Below are positions 38,981-49,804 of a stretch of DNA of 64,000 nucleotides, piece by piece (position 1 is the stretch's first letter; each line of letters begins with the position of its first letter). The stretch covers positions 124,001-188,000 of the IMG/VR virus record IMGVR_UViG_3300044731_002337; one strand, written 5' to 3'. The notes under the pieces are model-generated. The model searched no databases. It saw only the letters and a program-made list of their open reading frames with translations, and was not told the origin of the DNA. The translations under genes were made by a program, and so were the position numbers.

Positions 38981-41900
38981 GGGATTACATCTTGAATCAT
39001 TTGAAAGTGATAGCCACTACCAAGACCCATATTCTTATTGCACATGGCAGCAGCTGCAATAGTATTCCCTGGATCCCACCTTCCCATATCTACATTTTCC
39101 ATAACGTGTCTAGATGACTCTTCAAACGAGGCTTGCTGCATAGGTGCAATACGTTTGGCAGCTTCATTCTTCTTGTATCCTTCATGTATACCAGTCATGG
39201 TCATGTATCGAGCCATGAGTTCCAAGTGTCGTGCATCAGTAGAATCTCCCATGACTAACACGAATTCATGGGTCAACACTTGGGTTGTGGCATAAACGCC
39301 CATAAACTTTTGGGTATCGCCGGTATGAGTGCTGTACGATTGCTGAACATCGACTAATGGGTGCGTATTCCAAATTGAAAAATCAGATTGGTCCGTAATG
39401 CATACCCAGCGATTTGAAGCTTGTTGTTCAATAATATACTTGGAGATGCCATCCAATTTACCCCTCACAATGGTTTGGTGAAAGATATTGTAAGCGACGC
39501 CGTACAGGGCATGTGTGGTTGGATTCTTGACCTTGCACTTGATTTGTCTCAAGGCGAAAGTCCAAATGCCCACGGAAGGTGTTAAACGAATACAAAATAG
39601 GGTCTTGTCTACTTTGTGAATCGCGGAAATGGGAATTTGGATGGTATGGTGTAATGCGAGAATGATATTGTAGTCTTGTACCAAATAATATGCTTTGAGC
39701 TTCGGGTCAATATGGAGGCGGATAGTCATACTTGATTCATCAATCTTAGGGTAGTCAGAGAGGATTTCAGAGAGATATACAGTTCTCCAGGTCATGGCCG
39801 TATAATGGACTTCAGCTTCCGTGACATGAGGTAGAAAGACAATATTCATCATGGCTAGGCTATTATTGGCATCAATCAAGTTATTCAATTTGTTGACTCC
39901 TGTAACTTGCGTATTCTTTTTCCCAGAGGAGTGAGGCGACTTTAAATTACCTTGTGTGTATACTTCTCCCACACTATGAGTCGCATTCATTCCAATAGCT
40001 TCTCCTGGCAAAATGGTTCTTCTTTGTATCGTATGGTAAATCAATCGAAGTAACTTGTACCAGGCAACACTAGACAACTTCCATACCACCAATACATTAT
40101 GAGGGCAGCACCACACACGTAATAAAACATGAAGCTTGTGGTGTTGGGCAGGAACAAGTCTCTCCTTGACCATACTTTGCCAGATATAGGTAAACGACGT
40201 AATGATTTCGGTTTCCATAAGATCAGGTGATGAAGTATAAGTGGTGGCTTGTTGAAAGAGATGCTTGATATGAAAGGGAGATTTGAATGTCAAGTCTTGA
40301 TCCTTGATTTTATCCCAAAGTAACCATGACTCACGATAGAATACATGATGATGATGATTAGGCCAAAGTTCTAGAGTTGGCGGTGTAATTGTTTCCCATA
40401 CCAAGTATTGAGGGTCAAGAGAATCACCTCCATAAGTAAACCAAACGGTTGGACCAGGTTTATGGATATCTTCTTTGCGAAAGGCATGTTGTCTTCGATT
40501 GCCAGAATAACTGTCTACTGCATGGCCAAAAGTGTCTGCAATAATACCCATATTACAATAGGCCATCTTCTTCTCCAAGTAGCCTGATTGTGAAGTACCC
40601 TTGATCTTGTTGATCACTGATTCCGTGGTAGGTTGTGCTTGGGTCATTAGATCATGAAAAGTGAGACCCATAGCATAAGGATGTTTGATAAAGCCATGCG
40701 CTACAAGTGATTTGTCGTGAGGGTGGAAATGGCTAGTCACATTAGGAATTCGTTCATGTGTGAGATACGCTTGTCCCACAACACCCATCATTTGAGATAA
40801 GGATGCCCAATTTGCCTTGGTGCCACTTTGAATCATAGCCAAGTATCCATTGTGTAACGTATTTCGATCCCTTGCTGTTACCAACTCTTCAATCCGATCT
40901 TGAATCGACTTGGTGTAAAACTGAATGTGCTGTCCAACTACATCTTCAGGTTGCTCCTGCATATTTTGAAGCTTGTGATAATTGGGACATGAATCCGCAT
41001 CTTCCCAATACATTTGGTGATAGCTACAAGAGTGTCCACGCATGTCTAGATATTCTTGGGTGATTAGATAGCCTTCATACAGGAAATCCATGGCTTCATC
41101 GAGGGAATGGTACATGATGATATCTCTAAGGACGCCATTGAGAACTTTTTCCGTAAACACGGTATGAATGTGAATGGAGCTAGGTAGGATACAATGCATC
41201 ACTTGTCTCCCGGTCCATAATTGGCGAGGTTTCCAAACTGCAGGTGGAGGTATGGTGATGAACCGAGTCACATGTCCTAGTAACACCGAGACTTGATCCT
41301 TGGTCAAAAATGTATCTTCATGGGTCAATAAAAAAGCGCCAATCACTGGATTTTGACTGAATTTAATCCATAGTCCTCCATCTTTCATGGTGTGAAACTT
41401 GACCGCCATAATCTCCATCACCTCTGCCCGAGCTTCAATGGTTTGAGGAATGTGTACACTTAGTTCATCGCCATCACAATCCGCATTAAAAGGTAAAAAA
41501 ACACTCACGTGAAGATTAATGACAAACGAATTGGGAATCACTTTGACTTTGAATCCCATAGTCGATCCACGATGGAGTGTTGGTGCTCGATTCACAATCA
41601 CCCAATCATCCTCCAAAATGTGACGACGAACATAAGCCACGTCATGCACGTTAATGTCGCGACGGTTATCATAGTATTCCAAATCAATGGTGCGTCCATC
41701 CTTCATTTGCATGGAATTGGCGCCAGGATAGTGATGTGGGCCATTCAAAATCCATTTGTGAGCTTGGTTCATGTTGAAGGAAGATACGGGGACGTTAATG
41801 GTCAGTCCCATACATGTGGATTGCGGGAGGCCACAGTAAGTAGGGTGAATCCATGTACAACCTTCCAATACAAGTCGTGCATAATGATATTTTCGCCACG

Positions 41901-43109
41901 CCACAATAAAGCCTTGCATACGGCTACTTTGTTTCGATTTGCTAGTCTTCTTAAACTTGGTATCCACTGAATTGGGGGTTTTACCATATTGGGCATTCTT
42001 GGGGATTAGTTTGCGATACTTTTCAAAGTGGAATGCAGAGATTTGGTTTTGGAGGTTTCGCCAGGCACATTGATTGGTCACGTTGCCACAAGACGCTTCA
42101 TTGGAAAGTTTACATTTGCTCAGTTTCTGGTTAATGAGTTGAAGCTGGGCCCGGTATTGTTGCCGTTGTTGAATATTGAGTTGTTTTCGTTCTTCGCTGG
42201 TTAAGGATTCTTTTTGAAAGCAAACTTTAAAATCTGGATGAATGAATCCCTTGTATAGATATTGGGAAAGAATAATGGGGTCCTTGGATTGTTGCAATTT
42301 CATTTCGAGTAAAAGTTTGCTTTGGAGGACATTTTTGAGCATCTTGGTCCAATCATTGGGGTATTGTTTAGAGCCATTTTTGGTAGGGAAAGTACTATTA
42401 GGTCTAGTGGTGAGTGCCGGGACAGCTAGAGCCGAAAACATTCGAGCCTTGGGTAAGTTGTATTGTCCAAGTCCCATAATATGCATCATTTGTTCATTCT
42501 TCGAAATGTCCTCCAAGAGTTTTTGAATTTCAAATGGACCAAACGAAATGGGCTTCCATGATGGATTGGATTGGTAAAGTTGAAAATCAGTCTTGGAAAG
42601 TGTTACAACTCCCCGTATAATATTATCATGACCCGATTCTGTTGTCCATTTGATATAGGATTTACCACATTCACATGCCCTGAAGAAACGAGTATATTTA
42701 AGTAACGTATTGAGTCGTTTTTCAGAGGGTAGTTGAAGAACTTTCTCGCACATATGGGAAGTAATGCGGAGGCGTTGACAATAAAAGCAAACTAGATTGA
42801 GTATTTTCAAAAGGGTTGACATGGCGCCTACATGGAAACAGGGAATAGGTAATTCCATATGTCCAGTATGTCCAGGACAATTATGGGTTGTCTCTCCACA
42901 TTGCTCACATAATGAATCCCATGATTTACATCCCAAAACACCTACAAGAAGAAAAGTAAAGAAAGATCAAAGGGCGAAAAAAAAAATGTACCTGAAGTAA
43001 GATCTGTATTGGTTTTGATTTCTAATACACTTTGTTTACGAACACGATCCGAGTCAATAAGGAAACATTGTAATGCATCTACTTCACGTAATGGTGGAAG
43101 TGAATCCAT
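38029..43109 (-). CDS. rpb1: RNA polymerase largest subunit (RPB1) with fused C-terminal guanylyltransferase-like domain; exons complement(join(38029..42941,42992..43109))
   Basis: CEQC...CPGHTGH, CFYC, NRAPTLH, FNADCDGDE, GTSQSGYLEKK, PGEAIG, EVYTQGNLKSPHSSG, LGSGYHF; exon 1 supplies RVRKQSVLEI; spliced length 5031 nt is in frame; an upstream in-frame ATG at 43178 is possible. Confidence 0.93.
42942..42991 (-). other. Spliceosomal-type intron in RPB1 (50 nt, phase 1)
   Basis: CAG|GTACAT...polypyrimidine...TTGTAG|GTG; joins TDLTSG to VLGCKSWDSLCEQC. Confidence 0.85.
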
Positions 43110-43161
43110 TGTGATTACATTACTTTTATTATGTTGGTTTTTTTCGGATCGGAATCTTGAG

Positions 43162-43419
43162 TTATTTGGTAATGACAACTGTAGTGCGTGGTGATTTGGT
43201 GAACCAATCTTTGATAGAGGTAAGAATTTGTACGGAATATTTGATGAGGATAAAGGCTACACGAACAAAGATGAGAAAGGATAGTAGGGCAATAATGACG
43301 ATCAGATATGTTTTGTAATTGGTTTCAGGGGGTGTTGGATTTGGATTGGTTGAAAGGTTTTGTAAAAAGGCTTCATCTAGTTTAGCTAATTCTTCTGGCG
43401 TTGGAGATTTCAAAGACAT
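43162..43419 (-). CDS. Small single-TM protein
   Basis: 85 aa with a TM (YLIVIIALLSFLIFVRVAFILI). Confidence 0.6.
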   Translation of the reverse strand: MSLKSPTPEELAKLDEAFLQNLSTNPNPTPPETNYKTYLIVIIALLSFLIFVRVAFILIKYSVQILTSIKDWFTKSPRTTVVITK

Positions 43420-43485
43420 TTCTCTTTTTTTTTTATTTTACTTTGCTTATGGTTTTTTTTTTCTCCGATAGGGGATAGAATCATA

Positions 43486-44259
43486 ATGTGGGAAAAAAAA
43501 GTTTTGGTACTTATTATGGAAGGTCAATGGGCATTGGCCAATGAAGCGACTTATGGCTTTTGGGTACATATGATGGTTCTAGGACCAGACAATTCGAAAG
43601 GTCAATCATTTTTCAGTTACGAACAAGTCCATGAGGGTTTATTTGTGGTGATTGATTTCTTAGCATGTATCAATACGCTATCATTAAGACCATTTTTTCA
43701 TGAGGAGTGGAAGGAGATTATGGTGAACATTCAAACGTTGATGTGCTATTGGTTCCCCGATTGTGTGGTGAAGAGATCAGAGGGTAAAGAAGTGCCCAAG
43801 TTATTGCCCAAGTCGAAAGGGATATGGATTCCTGATCATGTCATCTACAAATTCATGCATCGTTTATGGACATCACATCGAGTGGAAATTGCAAATGTGA
43901 TTAAAAAATCAAAAACCTTGGCAAGTCCACCGAAAAAGTTTGATACGTTGGAAAAAGTGTACAAGAATCATTGGTTACAATTGTGTCGAACTACCTTTTT
44001 CGCTGTACAACAGTCCAAAGAAATAGAGGCAAAGAATACCATGTTTGGACCCTTTTTTTCACATGTCATGAACATCAATGAACAAGGCAAGATGCAGATG
44101 GATAAATTACGTAAGAGTACAAAGAGGAAAACTATGTCAACCACTACTTTGTCAAGTCCTTCTCCAATGAATGCATGTTTATTATCATTTCCGGAGGAAC
44201 CTTTACGATATGTTCACCAATTACCCTTTCCATCCATGAGAAGACGATTATCCTGTTAG
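43486..44259 (+). CDS. Hypothetical protein
   Basis: 257 aa ORF. Confidence 0.6.
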   Translation: MWEKKVLVLIMEGQWALANEATYGFWVHMMVLGPDNSKGQSFFSYEQVHEGLFVVIDFLACINTLSLRPFFHEEWKEIMVNIQTLMCYWFPDCVVKRSEGKEVPKLLPKSKGIWIPDHVIYKFMHRLWTSHRVEIANVIKKSKTLASPPKKFDTLEKVYKNHWLQLCRTTFFAVQQSKEIEAKNTMFGPFFSHVMNINEQGKMQMDKLRKSTKRKTMSTTTLSSPSPMNACLLSFPEEPLRYVHQLPFPSMRRRLSC

Positions 44260-44262
44260 TCT

Positions 44263-45915
44263 TTATGTGGTTTGTTGTTCTGATTCGTCTTGGTTCTTTT
44301 TTTGTCTACTGTAATCTTTAAATTTTGGGACGTCTATACGGAAGAGGCGTTGCACATTTTCGCGTAAACTTTGCTTTAGCATTTCACAATTACTTTCTTC
44401 AAGTGCAGTGGGTAGTTGGCCCTCAATAAAAAATCGATAGTAAGCATACATCTGCACATGATTTTTTGAAAACTTTTCTTTTTCCATATATTTACCATTC
44501 AAAAACTGTGTTTGGTATTCTCCAAATTCGTCAGCATGTTTTGTAAGGTACATTTGATGCAAGGTATACTTACCGTCTTCTTTTTCTTTTTCGTCACCTA
44601 ACAATTCAAGTTGCGATAAACCATTTTTGAAAACATCTTGAAGAATAGTGACATCCGATCCATTTTTGTATTTGTAATCTGCGTTAAAATATTCACGTAA
44701 GGATGCAAGGTACACTCGAACTCGATTTTTGATTCGGAGATATTGCTCAGGCGAAAAGTGTTGGTCAGGATTCTGTTGTTTCTGTTCTTTTAGATATTGG
44801 CCAATGTTTTGAAGGCATGTTGCGAATAGAGCTTTAGGTGATGGAATTGCACCGGTAATGCCTAGGTTTTCATATTCACCAGTTTGGTTCAACTTGGCAT
44901 AAGGAAACAACTTGTTTATAAAGTATTGTTCAATTTCATCCTTACCGATGGAAAGGGAAGACCAGTTGATCTCGATTTCTCTAGCCCAATATTGATCTTC
45001 AAACAAATAGTTTGCCATTTTTCTGGCGTGTTTATAGTGGTTCGCAGCAAGTTCTTCATGACTCTTAGCATTTTCGCCGCCGCCTTTTGGTTTTTTATCA
45101 TCAAAGCGTTCGATTTTTTGTTCGAATGTTAGGAAATTCTTATCCCAACTCCGGTAAGTGTAGCCAAGCGTGAAGCCACCTCGTAATGACGCAATACCCA
45201 ACCCAACAGCAGAGATGACTATAGATAAGATCCATAATGCATTGGTTTGAAACAAGCTACCATATTGAACGGAAAAGATGAGAAAGGTAATCGTAACAAA
45301 AAACACGTGTAAAGGGATGATGGTAAACAGACCATCACTCCAGCTATAGTGAGTACCATATTTCCGGTTGATGAAGAAGTAGAGAAACAAGGGGATAAAA
45401 ATTAGGATGAATAAAGTTGAATACATCATACCTTCTGTGCTACTTGAGTTCATACTTACAATGAAAAAAATACCTGCTAAATAGAATAGTGGCATAGCAA
45501 GCCATAACTCTTTCCCTCCACCAGGCCAGCTTAACATCCATGTCGATGCAGACCATACCTTCGCTCTGAAACTCTTTTTTGTTGCCTTTTCTTTGTAGAG
45601 AAGAGGTTTCTCTTCTGATGTAGTTTGTCCGTCGTCTGGTTTGTCTGTGACTGGTACTTCATTTGGTTGTGGAGGTAGTGCTGGAGGTACTGCTGGAGGT
45701 AGTTTTGAACGTATTGCTGGAGTCTCTGTCATTGGTACTACAGTTCTCTTAGTCAATGGTGATTTTGATGCTGTTCGTGGAGCCGCGCCGAATGTGAAAG
45801 GGATTGCTGGAGTCTCTGTCATTGGTACTACAGTTCTCTTAGTCAATGGTGATTTTGATGCTGTTCGTGGAGCCGCGCCGAATGTGAAAGGGATTGCTGT
45901 TTCGGGAGTGTCCAT
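44263..45915 (-). CDS. Multi-TM membrane protein with duplicated Pro-rich N-terminus
   Basis: Start MDTPETA at 45915; four hydrophobic segments; 30-aa duplication. Confidence 0.7.
   Translation of the reverse strand: MDTPETAIPFTFGAAPRTASKSPLTKRTVVPMTETPAIPFTFGAAPRTASKSPLTKRTVVPMTETPAIRSKLPPAVPPALPPQPNEVPVTDKPDDGQTTSEEKPLLYKEKATKKSFRAKVWSASTWMLSWPGGGKELWLAMPLFYLAGIFFIVSMNSSSTEGMMYSTLFILIFIPLFLYFFINRKYGTHYSWSDGLFTIIPLHVFFVTITFLIFSVQYGSLFQTNALWILSIVISAVGLGIASLRGGFTLGYTYRSWDKNFLTFEQKIERFDDKKPKGGGENAKSHEELAANHYKHARKMANYLFEDQYWAREIEINWSSLSIGKDEIEQYFINKLFPYAKLNQTGEYENLGITGAIPSPKALFATCLQNIGQYLKEQKQQNPDQHFSPEQYLRIKNRVRVYLASLREYFNADYKYKNGSDVTILQDVFKNGLSQLELLGDEKEKEDGKYTLHQMYLTKHADEFGEYQTQFLNGKYMEKEKFSKNHVQMYAYYRFFIEGQLPTALEESNCEMLKQSLRENVQRLFRIDVPKFKDYSRQKKNQDESEQQTT
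45713..45899. repeat. Exact 90-bp tandem duplication within the CDS
   Basis: AIPFTFGAAPRTASKSPLTKRTVVPMTETP occurs twice; DNA offset is 90 (45713 and 45803). Confidence 0.92.
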
Positions 45916-45982
45916 TTTCTCTTTTTTATTAATATGATTTTTTTTCAGGGGGAAAGGAAAAAAGAATTGTGGGTGATAAGAA

Positions 45983-46288
45983 ATGAGGTATGGATATCGT
46001 GAAGAACGGAAGTATATTGAAGAAACTAGGCCCAATTCTTATCTAGAACTTTCCCCGCCACCAGTGAATCAAGGTACAGCTGAAGTAAAATGGTGGCGCA
46101 TCAGTGATATTTCATCATTTCTCGTATGGTATAAACGTCCATGTAAATATATAATTCATGAGGTGTTAAATGAGGGGGAGGTTCAGACGCCGCCATGGAA
46201 AGATGATTATGTAAACTTTATCAAACTGGCAGACAGAAAGTCAATGTATGAGTATTATTATGTTATGACCAATAAAGGATATATTTAA
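45983..46288 (+). CDS. Hypothetical protein
   Basis: 101 aa; the stop codon lies in the MITE left TTAA. Confidence 0.55.
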   Translation: MRYGYREERKYIEETRPNSYLELSPPPVNQGTAEVKWWRISDISSFLVWYKRPCKYIIHEVLNEGEVQTPPWKDDYVNFIKLADRKSMYEYYYVMTNKGYI

Positions 46289-46437
46289 CCTTTTAGGTTG
46301 TACCGAAAAACCGCCAGATTTTATTACGGAATACAAAAAAATCGTAGGATCATAATAAGTTCTGCGTTGCAGAGTTCAAACATAATAATTTTTAATAAAT
46401 TCCAAGGGCTTCTCATTACCCCTGGCGGTTTAGAAGG
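46289..46437 (+). mobile_element. piggyBac-like MITE, copy 2 (149 bp), flanked by TTAA
   Basis: TTAA at 46285-46288 and 46438-46441; nearly identical to 4317..4444 apart from an internal insert of about 21 bp. Confidence 0.7.
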
Positions 46438-46490
46438 TTAATAAACTATTTTTTTTTTATTTTTATTGTGAATCACACACATGTATTTGT

Positions 46491-48245
46491 TTAGTAGGCA
46501 AAGTAGTTGAGGTTAAGTCCAGGGGTCATGGCGCGGTTATCAGCATTACCTTGGAAGTTCAGAAGGTTACTGGCGGCACTTCCAACACCTGAGCTGAGGA
46601 AGATGGCAGGTGCATTTTCGTAAGTGGTGAGGCCGACACATGATCCAACGGTATTGAGGAGGCCATCATTCATGTAGAGACTACTGTAGGCCACGGTTGT
46701 TTCACCAGTCACATAGGCGTACATGGGTAGGTTTTGGTAGCGTGTCTCAGTTTCATCACTGGCGACTTGGAATAAAACTCCCCATTCACCTGTAGTTTGA
46801 ACGGAGGCAGCGAAAGTACCATTACACTTGTATTTGAGGGTCTTGACATTGGCGCTAGGGAAGGAAATGACACCTGCCGTATTGAGCGAGTAGCAGTATT
46901 CCAACTTACCAGAAGTAGCATTTTGCCAAACTGCGACCAATTGGCTGGGTGAGACGTGCAACAGAGCAAAGTCAGAATAATTGGTAGCATCCACGGTAGT
47001 TGCTGGTGCCACATCAATCTTAGTGAAGGTAGGGGTCACTAAATCAGCAGAGGCGGATAGATAAGCGACACCAGTATTATTGGAAGTTCCAGCTACGGTA
47101 AAGCTAACCGCCAATCGTTTGGTTCCATCTGGATGAGTGAATGGGGTTAGGTTAAGGGATCGAGAGTTAGCAGCAAGAGCAGAGAGACCTCCAGAGGCAG
47201 AAGTGATGACATTGACTGGGGTACCAAATGTGAAGGTGGAAACATTGGGATCAGAAGAGCTCACAGTAGGAGTTCCTACGACAATCTTGACCTTGTACAC
47301 AGGATCTGAATTCACTACTAGATATCCAATGACAACCTTACCATCAAATTCGCACATGGCCAAAGTACCAGCCACAAAGCCAGTACCAGCATTCACTAAC
47401 GAGTCTGTGGTATCAATATTATTGAAAGCACAGTCAGCTTCAGCCGAAGACAAGGCGCTGTGGAGACGTCTAAACTTAATTTGTGTAGCACTGGCATTAG
47501 GATCAACCCAGGCTAATGCTGCATGCTCAGCAAGGGAACAAACCGCGAAATCGAAAGGGTAACCATACTTGGTGGCACTGCTAACCGTCCTGTTATATTG
47601 GGTAATCATTTGGGGTAGAATCCACGAGTGAGTTAAAGGGGAATAGAAAGTGTACATAAGACTGGAATTTCTAGTAGTGGACAAAGTTAAGTCGCCACCA
47701 GCAGTATAGTCGGTGTAATACATGCAGCATAATCCATTTACCTTGTCAGAAGCATTCACGGTAGCAGTAGAGGAAATGGATAAGGTGACAGGTGCAGCCT
47801 TGATTTGATTTCGGTGATGACGGTGATCAGCGCGGGAGGTAGAGATAGTAAAGGTATCAGTTACACCACTCGCAGACAAGACTTTTGTTTGTTTACCACC
47901 AGCTTCCCAATCCGGTTGTAATTGGACCACAGCCTTGGTACTGGTTAATTCTCGAATGGAAGTAGGTCGAACATATCCATCTAGAGTGCTTCGTGATTCT
48001 AAGAGAAAGAAAGGGTTGGCCGTATGAGGCTTAGTAAAAGTTAATTCGTAATCATTGGGTAATGACAAGGTGTCAGGTGTGGGAACATGTTTAGACACAG
48101 CTTCTTGCTCTCTCACTGGGGGAGGAACGGAGCCAAGCTTATTAGCCTTGTTGTTGTAGTTGTGAATACCTAATCCCATACCAGCGACACCACAAGCCAC
48201 TGCACAAAGGAGTACAAACCAAAGAACCATGTGAGTTACTTCCAT
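46491..48245 (-). CDS. Putative virion surface or fibre protein with N-terminal TM and beta-rich body
   Basis: Start MEVTHMVLWFVLLCAVACGVAGMGLGI at 48245; A/S/T/G-rich beta-strand sequence. Confidence 0.65.
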   Translation of the reverse strand: MEVTHMVLWFVLLCAVACGVAGMGLGIHNYNNKANKLGSVPPPVREQEAVSKHVPTPDTLSLPNDYELTFTKPHTANPFFLLESRSTLDGYVRPTSIRELTSTKAVVQLQPDWEAGGKQTKVLSASGVTDTFTISTSRADHRHHRNQIKAAPVTLSISSTATVNASDKVNGLCCMYYTDYTAGGDLTLSTTRNSSLMYTFYSPLTHSWILPQMITQYNRTVSSATKYGYPFDFAVCSLAEHAALAWVDPNASATQIKFRRLHSALSSAEADCAFNNIDTTDSLVNAGTGFVAGTLAMCEFDGKVVIGYLVVNSDPVYKVKIVVGTPTVSSSDPNVSTFTFGTPVNVITSASGGLSALAANSRSLNLTPFTHPDGTKRLAVSFTVAGTSNNTGVAYLSASADLVTPTFTKIDVAPATTVDATNYSDFALLHVSPSQLVAVWQNATSGKLEYCYSLNTAGVISFPSANVKTLKYKCNGTFAASVQTTGEWGVLFQVASDETETRYQNLPMYAYVTGETTVAYSSLYMNDGLLNTVGSCVGLTTYENAPAIFLSSGVGSAASNLLNFQGNADNRAMTPGLNLNYFAY

Positions 48246-48343
48246 TTTTTTTCGGTAAGTCTTCTTTTTGTTTTTTTTTATGCAGTGTGTAAAAAAATTT
48301 TTCAAGGACTCAAGAACATGTAGATAAAAAAAAAAGATTATGT

Positions 48344-48790
48344 TTATTGTCCATTTACCCATTCTAAAACTCCTTGGCTTGAACCATCGCCATCAGGGCG
48401 TCGTACACGCGTTGATAATTTAAGATTGCGCTTTTCCCCTCTCTTTTTCTCTTCTCGATAACGTTCGACCATTTGTTCTGCGGACAATTGTTCATTTCTT
48501 CGCCATGAATCGATAAAGGAGGAAAATAAACGTACTAAATCTTCTTCTTTTAATGTGGGTTCAGATTTGTGTTTATCTACCGTAATCCATGGACCAGCAC
48601 CTTGACCGGAGATATCGATACACGACTTATTAAAACCTCTCAACATGACTTCAATAATTTCCTTTTCATACTTGTCAATAGTTGTCTTTTTTTCTTTGAC
48701 ACCACTATTAATGGATTCAATTTCAGACTTACCTTGTCGGTATGCAGAGTACTTTTCTACTAGTATCTGTTTCGCTTGTTCTGAATTCAT
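48344..48790 (-). CDS. Hypothetical coiled-coil protein (DUF5760-like)
   Basis: KEKKTTIDKYEKEIIEVM pattern; TAAATG start. Confidence 0.55.
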   Translation of the reverse strand: MNSEQAKQILVEKYSAYRQGKSEIESINSGVKEKKTTIDKYEKEIIEVMLRGFNKSCIDISGQGAGPWITVDKHKSEPTLKEEDLVRLFSSFIDSWRRNEQLSAEQMVERYREEKKRGEKRNLKLSTRVRRPDGDGSSQGVLEWVNGQ

Positions 48791-48871
48791 TTATATATAC
48801 TTTTTTTTTTCTAATATTTGTGACTGGATCTTTTTTTATTTCGCGTTTGTTCCGATCTGGAGGGGACATAG

Positions 48872-49798
48872 TTGGAAGGAAACAATTTGATCATGCATCA
48901 TTTATGGAAGCAGTTAATGATGAGCAAGGTATATATGACGGATGTGTTTAAAGTTTGGAAGTTTGAGATGTATATCAAGGATCGTCGACCAATTACATCA
49001 GTTCATTTGGCAAAGAATTCGCAAGGTGCCTGGTGTGTGTTCAAGACGATTAATGTGGGCCGTTGTATGTCCATGTTTGTTGAAGTCTTGGTGTTACGTG
49101 TCATGCAAAATACGCCGGGAATAGTACGTATGGAAGAGTGGGCATACAATGTGGCACATGATGTAGTGATTATTCAATTTCCTCGAATGGTGATGGATTT
49201 GCAGCAGTTCATGTATAAGTGGCGTCATCATGCAAGGGTACGTCGAAAATATATGTTGGCCAATGTAGCGGGTCTATTGGAGACATTGGTGGAAGTGCAT
49301 CGCCATGGTATTGTTCATCGAGATCTCAAGCCCGCCAACATTTTATTGGATGACAAGGAATATTGGTTTTTGCATGATTTTGGAAATTCGATATGGGAGC
49401 ATAAGCCGGGACAAGAGTATGCTACAGACATGGCAAATACAGTAACACACCGTCCTCCGGAATGTATGGGTAAAGATCGAATGGTAGCCTATGATCAAAA
49501 GATTGACGTTTGGGCTTTGGGAATCATATGTTATGAATTGTGGTTTGGATCATTACCTATTGAAAGCTACGAGTACAATGTGATTCGTGATTTCTATCTA
49601 CTAAATCCTGTGGAAACATGGGCAACTTTATGGTCCTTACCTGAACCATGGATGAACTTTTTTTACAAGTGTCTCCAATCCAACCCTCAACATCGATTTT
49701 CAGCATATCAACTCATGGCATTACCTTTATTCAAGGAGGTCTTACCTGGTAATGCCAAGAATTCCCGATCTCCTATCGCCATTCCATTACATACCTGA
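48872..49798 (+). CDS. Ser/Thr protein kinase
   Basis: VFK, HRDLKPANIL, DFG, THRPPE, DVWALG; no canonical Gly-rich loop. Confidence 0.92.
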   Translation: MEGNNLIMHHLWKQLMMSKVYMTDVFKVWKFEMYIKDRRPITSVHLAKNSQGAWCVFKTINVGRCMSMFVEVLVLRVMQNTPGIVRMEEWAYNVAHDVVIIQFPRMVMDLQQFMYKWRHHARVRRKYMLANVAGLLETLVEVHRHGIVHRDLKPANILLDDKEYWFLHDFGNSIWEHKPGQEYATDMANTVTHRPPECMGKDRMVAYDQKIDVWALGIICYELWFGSLPIESYEYNVIRDFYLLNPVETWATLWSLPEPWMNFFYKCLQSNPQHRFSAYQLMALPLFKEVLPGNAKNSRSPIAIPLHT

Positions 49799-49804
49799 CG
49801 AGTG

